DNA from: the human T2T-CHM13v2.0 reference genome, Homo sapiens
Direction: 5' to 3' (one strand)
Assembly (NCBI RefSeq): GCF_009914755.1
Contig: NC_060929.1
Length of the DNA stretch: 64,000 bases
Under the pieces are notes generated by a model. That model was not told where the DNA came from. It did no database searches and saw nothing but the letters and a program-made list of their open reading frames with translations. Positions 27,604-39,330 of the stretch are shown piece by piece. A program made the translations under genes and the position numbers. Numbering within the stretch: position 1 is the stretch's first letter; the number at the start of each line of letters is the position of its first letter.

Positions 27604-30600
27604 GATATTTATCATTTTTATATTATAACTTATCAAGCTTCAAATTATTTAAAATGTAATAGATTAACTCAAAATTCCAATTGCATGTAGAATTTCATTG
27701 TCAAACTATTAAAAAATGGAAACAAAAAAATTGAAGTTAAAGAAAAATTGTTTGCACCTCTGAAAATTTAGATGCTTCTTATGTCAATGCCAACAAAAAA
27801 GTCCATTTTTATTGTAGTTGATCAGGCAAAGATAATAACTACACTGAATTGTTTGAACAAATATAACAATTAAATAGTTCATATATACTCATCAATATAT
27901 CTTAGCATTTATATGATCAACTTTTCCTAAAATCAACATCATCAAATTTAGGAAAATAATAGTGTATTTTATAAAATTTAATAATTTTGTGAATTACATA
28001 TCAAAGTACTCAATTTGGAGACAGGAAAGCCAGCTCTATTTACCTGTTTTTTAAGTTTTTATTATCATTTATTTAAGAAATAATTGACCAGTCATGTCAA
28101 GGGCAGACTTTAGATTTAACTTTTCTAAACTTTTCACAGTATGTGTTGCTCTAGCTATAAGTTAAAAGGGCAAAAATATGATCAAATCTTTTAAAATAAA
28201 TTGAAAAGGGTATTTTCTGTGATACATTCTAATTAAAAATTACATTTAAACCCACGGGAATGGGATCAATAAAAATAAGCTTGTGGTATTTTTCTCAATT
28301 TATTTCCTTTATTCCCTGGTGTTTCACCAGGGGCCTATTTCTTTAGGAAGTTATTTCCTTGAAAATAGTCTCATAAGCTTCAAGAAGAATATTTTTAGTA
28401 GAAACTAAATTTTTACATAGGTCTGGTGCAGTCATCTCCATTACATAACAAACTGTCATTACCATATGATGGTACAGGAAATCACGAACAATAGCAGATC
28501 ATAACCATATCACAGGCTATCATGATCTAGAACTTAAATTAGTTCTATTGCATTTCTTTCTGACTGCCACCACGTTAACCGTGAAGATCCTGAATTTCTG
28601 GTCCATCTTGGATTACCCTAAAATACAAAAAAAAAAAAAAAATACTGTAGACAACTATGACAAACTGATTAAAACCAAGAAACACAAACTTTTCTAAAAT
28701 GATAAAACAATACATAATGACCATAGGCAATGCCATTGTAAACCTGGCTCTTAACTAGACTTCCTGGTAAAGATACTAGCAGAAATGTGATGGAGAGCAC
28801 TTATCTACAAAATACTTTTAGCAGGATACACTTGATTTTTTTTTTTTTTTTAGATTATTCATTTTTAAAAACCTGGGATTTATGGGTTTATCGGGGAATG
28901 ACAGGCTTTGGCAATGTTGAAGAAAAAGGACACTCTGGGAGCTCTGTTAATGGTGTTGGACTTCTTTTGGACTTCTTCAAAGAAAGAAGCATTTTCCTGT
29001 GTCTTGTGATTGCTCCTGAGTCTAATGTGACCCTTTGTTTTATCTCATTGTCCTTTCAAATTCTAAAGTCTCTTCATTAATTAATGAATATAAGGTTGGG
29101 AGATGAGAAAGATGCAAATGGAAAAATTGCCAACATTAAAACTACCTCCACAAAACCTCAATAAAGCATTAGTCAATACCCTCTGAATAACTGACCCTAC
29201 CTTCGCCCTACTGAAAATCATTTCCAGAATATTCTGAGGTTTGGGAAAAAACAAACATCCTGCACTATTCCCAAAATGAGATAAAAAAATTCTGATGCCA
29301 AATCTTGAAATACTCTCATGTAGTCCTTCCAACTTTCATATAAAGAAATTTGCAACATTGGAATTAGAATTCTAGGGTATATGGGATCCAGACCTTAAAG
29401 CTTCTCTACATTAAATGATAATTACCAACCCTGGAATAAGACCTTCTGCAAAACAGAAATTTGGCAAATCTTGAGTTTCTTATCTACACATCTTAAAAAC
29501 ACCCCTTAATTTCAGGAAAATGTATCAATTATAATTCAGAGTTACATATTTATAATTATTTAGAAATGTTTTAAGATGTTTCCATTTTAGAAGAACAGAT
29601 TTACAGTAATCTATCATCTATTCATCATTCCCAATATATAAAAATTAAACAGAAATTAATAAAAATTAAACAGAAATTAGAGATCTAATAATCAGCAAAC
29701 TGGGAATATTCTGTTCTTAAAAGGTTCTATAATATTTTTAAAAGATTAATCAAAATGGCATTAGTCAAAGTAACTACAATGTTTTCATATAAAAGAATAT
29801 AATAGAAAGGAAATGAGAACATCCAAATTAGAGATTAATATTTCTTTCTTTTAAGTGGAAGAAATTGTAAATGGAAAGATGTTGCACATAAGATGCTTAG
29901 TTTAATGAATCAGAACAGATGAGGCTAATGGAGGAGGAGAAAGAGGAAGAAGTAACGAATAAACAAGTGATAAATACCTTGGTTTTTTCATGTTATTTTT
30001 GTTGTTCTTTACTCAGAATGATTTTTAAATTAACAAATACAACACACATATTCACATAAACAGAAAACTAAGCTTCCTCTATAATACTGACATGATAAAA
30101 GGGGGCACAATAGCCTTCAATCCATAATGAGAACCCATAATAAATGAGAACATACATTATAATCATACATTTTCTTAAATACATCTATGTGCATACACAT
30201 AGCCCATGCTAATTTTTAAAACATGCCCTCCCAAATTTTTATATCCAGATACATATATATTCTATGCTGAGACACACATACAAAAAGTGACAAATATATG
30301 TGTAATTCTAGGTTAATCAATAACACCCATTCACACATACATATTACAGTTAGTTTGTCATTTGTGTCAGTTATAATTAGAAAAACACAATACGTGCTCA
30401 TATTTATGTGCATATGTGCCATCTATTTCTACCCCCACATGCATAAACACTTGCAGAAGATCAAAGTGATGGTTTAGTTGCACAGTGCATGAGTTCGCGG
30501 CTGTAAGAAAGAGTAACTTGTTTAATACATACACTGGAGTATCTCTTATAATTAAAGTAAGGCTAGGCAACCACACTTCAGTGAAATACGAACCTGACCA

Positions 30601-30799
30601 GGCATGGGTAAGTTGGCATTGCAACTTGTAGATTTTTTCCTGTTGAACTCTACTATTGATGTGACGTAACCACCAAAACCATATTTCTCAGTTGCAATTT
30701 TCAAGTGACAAGATTTGAATAGCTCAGCTTAAGTCAGGTGCCTATTTTCATGTACACGTTCATTCAAAAGTTGTTGAGCCTCTACTATACACAATGCAG

Positions 30800-31451
30800 T
30801 GTGGACCAGGTTCTCCAATTACCAACCCCAAGAGAGAATTCCCACTGCATGGAGAATAGCAAAGATTATCACTATACCAACCACCAGAAATAGGACTCCA
30901 AACACTTTTGCCCACTGCACCTTGGGCTATAGTTTTATCAATTGCCTGAGTCCGATGAGACAGAACACTCACACACAACAAGTTACATAAAATAGATTTA
31001 TTACTTACAGATAAGCAGCAAGCAGCAAAAGAAGTCTAGGATCCATTGTGATCCAGTCCCTCAAGGCTCAAGAAAGCTTCCTGGGGCAGATGGAGGAAGG
31101 CTGAACTTTGGGTGTTCCACTTGTATTGTGGCTGAGGGACCTCAAAAGTTGTTCCAACCCAAGTTATATACCTCAGGGCAATATGGCTCACTGGGCAAAG
31201 ATTTGAAGGACATCCTGCTTCCAGGAGAAGGAGGAACAAAGCCCAATTTGTCTCAGACAGTTCCTCCCTAGCTCAAGATGTTACATTTTCTGGTTGGGAC
31301 AAGAACAAGACCCAGACAGTTTCAGGCAGTTTTTGCCTAGATCTCAGGATGAATGTAGTCCCAGCACATTCTACAGTTTTTCCAAGAACTACATGCAGGA
31401 AAGTGGGAGCGAATTGGGTCAGTCCAAAGCCATCCAGAGATCTGTCCTGCA
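30800..31451 (-). mobile_element. ERVL solo LTR (MER73/LTR47-like)
   Basis: Reverse strand starts tgcaggacagatctctggatggctttggactgaccc...tgtagttct...ctgtagaatgtgctggga...catcctgagat; TG...CA ends. Confidence 0.65.
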
Positions 31452-32816
31452 GATTAAGTTTTCGATATACTGAGGTTCAACACAGCAGACACGTCATGAC
31501 TATGAACGTGGGTAGGCAGAACTGCACAGCAGAAACATGGTTGTCTAGAGCCTATACTTGGGGAGCAGAAAAGAGAGGATCTGCTGATTGGAGAGCAGAA
31601 ATAAGAGGCACTGCTGATAACCAAATAGTCTTTACTAAAAGACTGTACCTGGTAGTTAGCTATGGTTAGTTCGCTGGACAAAGGAAAATAATTTGAAAAG
31701 ACAAGTGAATGTATTGCCTGCATAACTATCCTAAGAAACCACTTCCTGGTTAGATATTTAAACTCAATGTCTTTATATTCTTTCATTCATCTGTTACTTG
31801 CTATTGGTAAGTAAATACAAGGTCAGTGAATTCAAATACATCTTCCTGAACAATTTAAAGTTGGAAAGAAAGATGTCTCTATAACAGAATTTCCTTTTTT
31901 AGCCTAGTACAATGAGTTTACAAAATGTCAGTATCCTATTTCATGTTCTTGTCTGTTGTGAAATTTCACTAATAAAATATACCTCTGAAAAAGTAACTAT
32001 AAATTGTCTTTAATACTGTGTAATATAAACTTACTTCTCTGTTCACTCATATTGGTAGTTTCAAATCAAGGAAAACTTGAATTATTACATGTATTGATAA
32101 AACCCAATTTACTAATTTTTTAAACCTGTTGTGCAAGGCTTTATTGGGAAAATAGCCTGCCACATAACTTTTACCTTATTTTCACTCCATAATAGTGGGA
32201 TCCCAATATAATTAATGGGATATTGCATCTTTACTAGAGACTTAAACCAATTATTAATTAATACAAATGGCATGCAATTTTAAGACTTCTCTCTACCTCC
32301 CTTTGGCCCAACAGCATTACATTAGCAGAATTAGAAATCAAACAATTTGACTTTTCCAATTCAATAAATCTAAGGCACTATGCGCTATGCATAATAAAGT
32401 AACATTTTTGGTCACCATCAGTGCACATAAAAATCAAACAGTGACTCATTTTTTCTCCAGAAAGAACATTTGAAAGATGGTAATCACAAGAGTGTGGAGT
32501 CTGAAATACTAAAAGGAGTATGAGAAAAATAAAAAAATACAATTCAAATTAATAATTTTAGAAAGCTGATAACATTGACAGAAAAAAATTGCAGCATTTT
32601 ACCTCCCTAAAGGAAGACAAAAGAGACATATTGCCAAGTGGAAAATAGGAAATCATCAAAAACTATACAGAAAGTAATCTATGAATTAATTTATTTTATA
32701 AATAAGGATTATATGCTTCCAGATGGGTTGAAAAAATATGGGCAGTCTAACCTCACAATAAGGGCAGCACAGCCAAGAGGCCACTAGAGTTCAACGGGGT
32801 AAGAGCTAGAAGAAGG

Positions 32817-33609
32817 TTATATCTCACTATGGTTTTAATTGGCATGTCCCTAATGATTAGTGATGCAGAGCATTTTTTCGTAAACCTGTTAAACATTGTA
32901 TGTATTTTTAGGAATTGTCTGTTTAGGTCTTTTGCTTACTTTTAAATGGGGTTATTTGCTTTATTGCTATTGAATTGTTTGAGTTTTTTTATTTATTTTG
33001 GATATTAACCCCTTATCAGATACATGGTTTGCAAATATTTTCTCCCACTCTGGATTGTCTCTTCACTTTGTTAGTTGTTCTATTTGCTGTGCAGACGCCT
33101 TTAATTTGATTTCAAATCAAATTAATTCCATTTGCAATTCCATTTGTCTATTTTTGCTTTTGTTCTCTGTGCTTTTGGATTTATATTTTTTAAAAAATCA
33201 TTGACAAAAATGGAGCCTTTTCTCTTTTTTTCCTAGTAGTTTTATAGTTGCAGGTCTCATATTTAAGTATTTGATCCATTTTATTTTTATATATAGCGTG
33301 AGATAAGGAATTAATTTCCTTCTTCTGCATGTAGATATCCAGTTTTCCCCATACCATTTACAGCAGAGGCTGGCCAATCATGTGTTCCTGGACACCTTAG
33401 TTGAAAATCAATTCACTATAAATGCATGAGTCTATTTCTCAGCTTTCTATTCATTCCATTGGTTGATGTGCCTGTTTTTATTCTACTGTCATGCTGTTTT
33501 GATTATAATTGCTTTATAATATTTTTGAAATCTGAATGTGTGATGACCCCAGATTTGTTCTTTGTATCCAAGATTATTTTGGCTACTTGAGACCTTTTGT
33601 GGTTCCATA
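32817..33609 (-). mobile_element. Inverted 5' segment of an L1MA insertion (ORF2 3' region)
   Basis: tatctcactatggttttaattggcat ... gaccttttgtggttccata read as reverse-strand L1. Confidence 0.88.
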
Positions 33610-34497
33610 GATATCATGTCACACCTTTTAGAATGGCTAGTATCAAAAAGATGAAAGATAAAAGGTATTGGCAAGGATGCAAATAAAAGGGACACCTTGT
33701 AAAGTGTTGGTAGTAATGTAAGTTAGTACAGTTATTATGTAAAACAGTATGGAGATTCTTCCAAAACTAAAAATAGAATTACCATATGATCCAGCAGTCT
33801 CTCTTCTGGGTACATATATCCAAAGGAATTGAATTCAATCTGTCAACGGGATATTTTTTGCACTCCTATGTTCATTACAGCATTATTCACAATAGCCAAG
33901 ATAAGGAATCAACCTAAGTGTCCATCAACAGATAAATGGATTTTAAAAGTGTGGCATCTGTACACGGTGGAATACTATTCAGCCTTAAAAATGAAGGAAA
34001 TCTTGTCATTTGTAACATGGAAGAACCTGGAAGACATTATGCTAAGCAAAATAAGTCAGGGACAGAAAGAAAGGCATATATCACATGATTTCACTTATAT
34101 GTGGAGTCTAAGAATGTCAAACTCATAGAAGCAGAAAATAGAATGACAGTAACTAGAGGCTGGGAGTGGGAAGGAAGGAGGGAATGGGGAGATGATGGCC
34201 CAAGAGTTTCAGGTAAACAGAAGGAATACCTTTGGAGTCTATTGCATAGTGGAGTGACTATCTCCAATAATTATGATGTATTGTACAATTCAAAATAACT
34301 AAGGGAGTAAATTTCAAATGTTTCATCACAAAAATGATAAGAAGGTGAGGTGGTGGATCTGTTAATTAATTTGGTTTAATCATACTACGTTGTATACAAA
34401 TATCAAAACATCGCTTTGTACCCCAACAAATGTACATAATTTTGATTTGCCAATTAAAAATAATAATAATTTTAAAAAGCAAAAGCAATTTTTTTAT
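33610..34497 (+). mobile_element. L1MA (MA4-7 class) 3' end, forward segment
   Basis: cacacctttagaatggctag...MFITALFTIAK-like ORF 33829...3'UTR atcaaaacatcgctttgtacccc...aattaaaaataataa. Confidence 0.9.
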
Positions 34498-34514
34498 AAA
34501 GGCCTAGGAGAAGG

Positions 34515-35050
34515 AAAGTAGAGGACTCCATGGAAAAATGTGGGCTGGGGACTAAACCTGCTTGGGAGGAGAGGGTGGAGTCTAGGCTGCAAAGAAGAAT
34601 TTTGCAGTTGAGACCGGGAGGATGAGTTAGCCTTGGGAAGAAGCAGAAAGTGAGCACGAGCAGTAGGGTTAGAGAGGAGGATTTTCCAGCCAAAGGGCCC
34701 ATTGTATGCAGAGGAGATCAGGAAGGCAAGAAAATAAGATTTGTTTGAAGACACACAAAAAAATGAGTAGGGCTGGAGCCTACCGACATTAGAAACTGTA
34801 ACGTTTCCCAAGAGAGATGGAAATAACTGTAGGTTTTCATGCAGAGAACAACTATGGTTAGATTTCCAAAGTAATCTTTAAAAAAATTCCTTAGAAGTAT
34901 GATGGGATGGGATGGAATAGTTAGTAGGTTTTCTCACTATGGTGGGTGAGATCTGATGAAAGCCCAGCAGGAGAGTAGAAAAGACCAGGAGATAAATGGA
35001 TTCATACAAGAGATATTAGAAGTATTTTGAGGCTTATTTTGATATAGATA
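34515..35050 (-). mobile_element. L2 fragment
   Basis: Purine-rich L2-like text (ttccagccaaagggcccattgtatgcagagg, gtagggctggagc, gagataaatggattc...agatatt). Confidence 0.5.
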
Positions 35051-36139
35051 ATTAATGAAATTGAATAGTAAAGAAAAAAATGATGTCCAATCATTGATTA
35101 GTAATGCAGTAGTGCTGCGTACTCTTCAATAGCAAAGGGGTGCCAGGAGAGCAGGAGCTATGCATCATTATCATCCCAAAAAAATGTGAGGAGGGGAAAA
35201 AAACAAGCAGATTAATGGGTTTCAATTTTGAATTATTCTAAGAGAGCTGAATAATTCAAAAAAGTCACAATTATTCGAGATGTCATACAAAATAATATAA
35301 ATAAATGAGAATAATGTTGGAGATGCCATACCACAAAATAAAACACATAAAAATGCAAATAATTAGATACGTGAATTGGAAAACAGAAGGTTAAGAAAAG
35401 AAAATATAGATAAATTAGCTAATTTGAAAGGTGAGAAAAGGAGAGCTGAAGTTTATAGTGTCTATTTGACTACTAGTTAATGATATGCAAATCTAGTTAA
35501 GAAATCCTGCAAAGAAAAACTCAAGAGGGAATTTTAAATTAAGTTTAAACAGCCTCAACATGTTAGAGGTTTTAAAACCACTTATATCATACACTGTGAA
35601 ATATATCTCAGAAACATTTATACCTGAGTATGCATTCTTTTGAGATGCTAGGTGACCAACCAGGACAAAAAAAAATTGGAGAGAGTAAAACTTTGTTAAA
35701 ATGAGGATATGTATCTAGTGAGACATAATTCTCCCCCTCAGGAACCTAATGAAAAATGTTTTCACATATTAAAGCAGGCTACACATATTTGTCAAAAATA
35801 AATCATGTCAAGCATAGTGCTTTTCTTTGATCTTTTAGGTAGGAAAACATAGTATATGTTATGTGGAAATTAGTCTGGCTTTGAACATTCACACTTGGCA
35901 AACAAAGATTGGCAAATGAGAAGACTGATAGCTCTCTGGCATATCAAGAATGTCAAAGAAGAAATTGCAAAATTAGACAAGAGACTGTTTTGAATATAAA
36001 AAAGGGGAAAACTTCAAAAGAAAGGAGTATTTCTTTTTGTGATTAAGAAAAAAACCATGTGATGTAGACTTGCTTCTTTCAAATAAGTTAAAACTTTATT
36101 TTTGTTGAAAGCAAATATAAGAATTATGACAATTAAATT

Positions 36140-36460
36140 GATTCTTTCAATTATTCAACAAGTTTTAAGTACCCACTGTGTAATAGGGAAGGCTCTGAGG
36201 ATACAGAGATGAAAGGTTCTACCTAATAGAACTTAGAGTTTAGGTTGGAACTGACAAGTAAACAAGCAGCTTGCAACACGTAATTGAGGAAAAACAAGGC
36301 CCTATGGAAGTATATGGGAAAAGAGTTAACTTTATGCATCAGAGAAATCTTCCCAGAGGAAGGAAAGCCTTAAGGGAGATTTCAGGATGAATACAAGTTA
36401 ATCAGTAAAGAGAGGAAATATGCTTCATTCAGAGGGAATAGCCTGTGCCGGTGCCCAATA
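36140..36460 (-). mobile_element. L2 3' fragment
   Basis: attcaacaag...tacccactgtg...gaggatacagagatgaa...agaaatcttcccagagga...ttcagagggaatagcctgtgc. Confidence 0.6.
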
Positions 36461-37069
36461 AGAAATTTTACAGGTTTCAAGTTGAAGTACAGAAGAGGAA
36501 GACGGTAAGGGAAGAAGATATGACTAACCAATATGAATATATTATCAATCTTTATCAGAATTTATTTTTACAGGCATTAAGACTTTGTGTACAACAGCAT
36601 AATTTATCTAATACATTGTAATGAATCAGTGGTTCATTGTACACCTTGTCGAAACAACAACAAAAATGTTTCCAAATATCTTTCCCAATGTTATGACTGA
36701 CATATGACCATTTTTTATTTCTGAACAATAAATGTACTAGATATGTGTATTGAGTTAATAATATTAAAAGATAATTGGTACTTCCATAATTGATCAGCCA
36801 ATTACAGCATTTTCATGTTCAGGGCTTTATCATTCTCATTGTTTTCTTTATGTGTATTTCTTTTCCAAAAAATGAAAGATCATCTATAAAATCTCTTAAC
36901 AATATTCATCAAACTCCTACGAAATAGCAAATCTATTCTTTAGTATTATTCATACCTTCCAAACCCATCACATGCTGAAAGAAAAAGAATCATTAGGAAG
37001 GAAGAATAAAGAGAAGAAAGGAGGGAGGCAAAGAGGAGGAATGTTATTTTGACCAAAAATGCATTCTGC

Positions 37070-37156
37070 TTCTAATCCAATCATTAGCAGCTTAAATCAA
37101 GAAGATTATTAAATTCTAATAATCCAATCATTAGCAGCTTAAATCACAAAGATTGT
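37070..37156. repeat. ~47-bp tandem duplication containing TAATCCAATCA twice
   Basis: taatccaatcattagcagcttaaatca at 37073 and 37120. Confidence 0.92.
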
Positions 37157-37159
37157 ACC

Positions 37160-37585
37160 TCTTAACAAATGTGTATTTGTTCATTTGTTTGAAAAAATTT
37201 CTAAAAGAAATTGTTTACTGTTACTGGATCAGTGGTTCAACAACACAAAAACCACCATCACTATAGTTTCCATGTCTTTTCCCTCATAGGAAAATACTAG
37301 ATAATGGCTGCAGTTCTGAGCATTTTGACTACAGCCATGGTAGGAAAGACAGTGGAAAGAACAATACCATCTTCATCTTTCCTTTTCAGCAAAGAGTAGA
37401 AATCTTTCCAGAATCCTCCAAGAGGAATTCCATTTATGTTTCGTTGACCTGGAATGTATCACATGGTAATGCTTAGACTCAAGGGAAGCTGGGAAAGTAA
37501 TTATAGCTTTTCTGGATACTATGTTGGGTGTTAGCCAAGTGAATCAAGTGGATAGATATTCAGAATGAGTGTTGGACCCACTATT
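37160..37585 (-). mobile_element. Old MaLR LTR (MLT1J/I-like)
   Basis: atggctgcagttctgagcat...tctttccagaatcctcc...ttgacctggaatgtatcacatgg...caagggaagctgggaaagtaa; boundaries approximate. Confidence 0.6.
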
Positions 37586-37635
37586 AATTTTTAATACACT
37601 AATGGAAGAATCAGAAATTTGATAAATGAATGAAC

Positions 37636-37857
37636 TTTTTTTGCCAGATTTTTGTTTGTTTTGGTATAGATTTAGTGGGTACAAGGGCAGTTTTATTACA
37701 TGCATATATCATGTAGTAGTGCAGTCTGGGCTTTTAATGTGGCCATCACCCAGATAGCGTACATTGTACCTATTAAATAATTTCTCATCCCTTACCCCAC
37801 TCCCACCTTCTCACTCTTCCTAGTCTCCAGTGTCTATTATTCTACACTTTATGTCCA
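37636..37857 (-). mobile_element. L1PB-class 3' end, 5'-truncated
   Basis: T-rich tail then gggtacaag...ttacatgcata...ccatcacccagatagcgtacattgtacc...ccccactcccacc. Confidence 0.8.
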
Positions 37858-38559
37858 GGAAATCATGTCTCTCAAATGAACATTTATGACCTTACAACAA
37901 GTAGATGTTTGTAACTCAAATAATTACTCTCTTTTTGGAATAATCTTTTTACCTGTTTGAGCTTCAATACCTTTATGGGAAGAAAGGCACTAGAATAACA
38001 CAACTTGTATTGTGAAGATCAAATGAGACATTGTATGTGAAACTGCTGTGTGAGCTGAGGCCTATAAATTATTTATTATTATGTTGGGAATGTGATAGGC
38101 TAGAGATATGGATATGAATAACTAAATAATGCATCGTATAAATGATTTTACTTCAAATTTCTTTCTGTCGGATGATCTGAAATTAATAACGAAAGGCAAA
38201 ATGAATGACCAGTGAGTCTATTCAACCCAGTCTAAGGAAAGCAACTGTAGATGGTATATTTCTTTTAATAATTTCTTTGGCCTACTTCAGCTACCACATT
38301 CTATCCTTAAGATGAAGATAAAAATCAAAAGATCTTTTAAACAGGTCTTTCTATAGAAAATTTTAAGCATCTGTAAATATTTATCCAGAAAAATACCCAC
38401 TACAGGCATATTAACCATCCTCAAACTTTTAAAGGCCCACCAAATAAAAACTGTATTGAAGGTTTAACCTTTTATATATGACCCTAAATATGTGAAAAAA
38501 AGAAGTAATAGAGAAATAAATTTCATCTCAAATGTAAAAGAAAAAATTACAGTTGTCAA

Positions 38560-39112
38560 TGTAGCTGATGAAATTTTCCAAAAATGGTACCAATAATTTA
38601 TTGTATTCCACATGCTATTCTGCAATGGAAACTTGCCCTGCCTGCACTCAGGAAATGAAATATTCTTATCTACTCCATTGAACCTGTGCAGGCTCTGTGA
38701 TTATTTGGACCAACAGGATATGGCAGAAGATATGCCATGTAATTTCTGAGACGAGGTCATAACAAGCCTTGCAGCTTCCAGTTGCATCTCCTGCAGTGCT
38801 TGCTCTTGAGAATCTCCCCCTAAAGACCCAGCCACCACACTACAAGAAACTCAAATCCCATGGAGAAGCTAAACGGAGACATTCTAGTTGAAAGTCCCAG
38901 CTGAGCTCCCAGTCAACAACCAGTCATGGGTCTGTGTATTCTTAGACGTTTTCCTTAGGCAAGTATTTGGATATGTCTTGCTTCTCAGCTACCTGACAGC
39001 AAAAACATATAAGCGATTCAAGTGAGAACCATGCAACTGAGCCCAGTTAATGTATAGGAAAATTAGAGACAATCATGGAATGATTGATTATGCAACAAGA
39101 GATAACCAAAAT
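38560..39112 (+). mobile_element. MaLR solo LTR (MLT1H-like)
   Basis: tttggaccaacaggatatggcagaag...ccttgcagcttcc...cccagctgagctcccagtcaac...gcaacaagagataacc. Confidence 0.75.
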
Positions 39113-39159
39113 ACTCAAAGATGAATAAAACACTGTTTCATATGGCATCAATGTTTTAA

Positions 39160-39330
39160 TGTTTACTGAGTGCTTACTATATGTTATATACTGTTCTGAA
39201 ATACTTTATACACATTATGGTTTTGGTTCTTCACTTAATCATCTTAGATAAGTACAATTATTATCCTTGTTTTACAGATAAATAAACTGAGGCATATAGA
39301 AAAACAAAATGGTCACCTAGCTAGTAAATT
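39160..39330 (-). mobile_element. MIR
   Basis: tttactgagtgcttactat...tattatccttgttttacagataaataaactgaggca. Confidence 0.75.

Noticed and set aside
28787-29332. 97-aa and 83-aa ORFs in unique sequence
   Set aside because: Low-complexity F/L-rich translations with non-ATG starts, no recognisable homology and no convincing splice pair
29640-29680. 21-bp duplication aaaaattaaacagaaatta
   Set aside because: Ordinary slippage in A-rich DNA; no further signal
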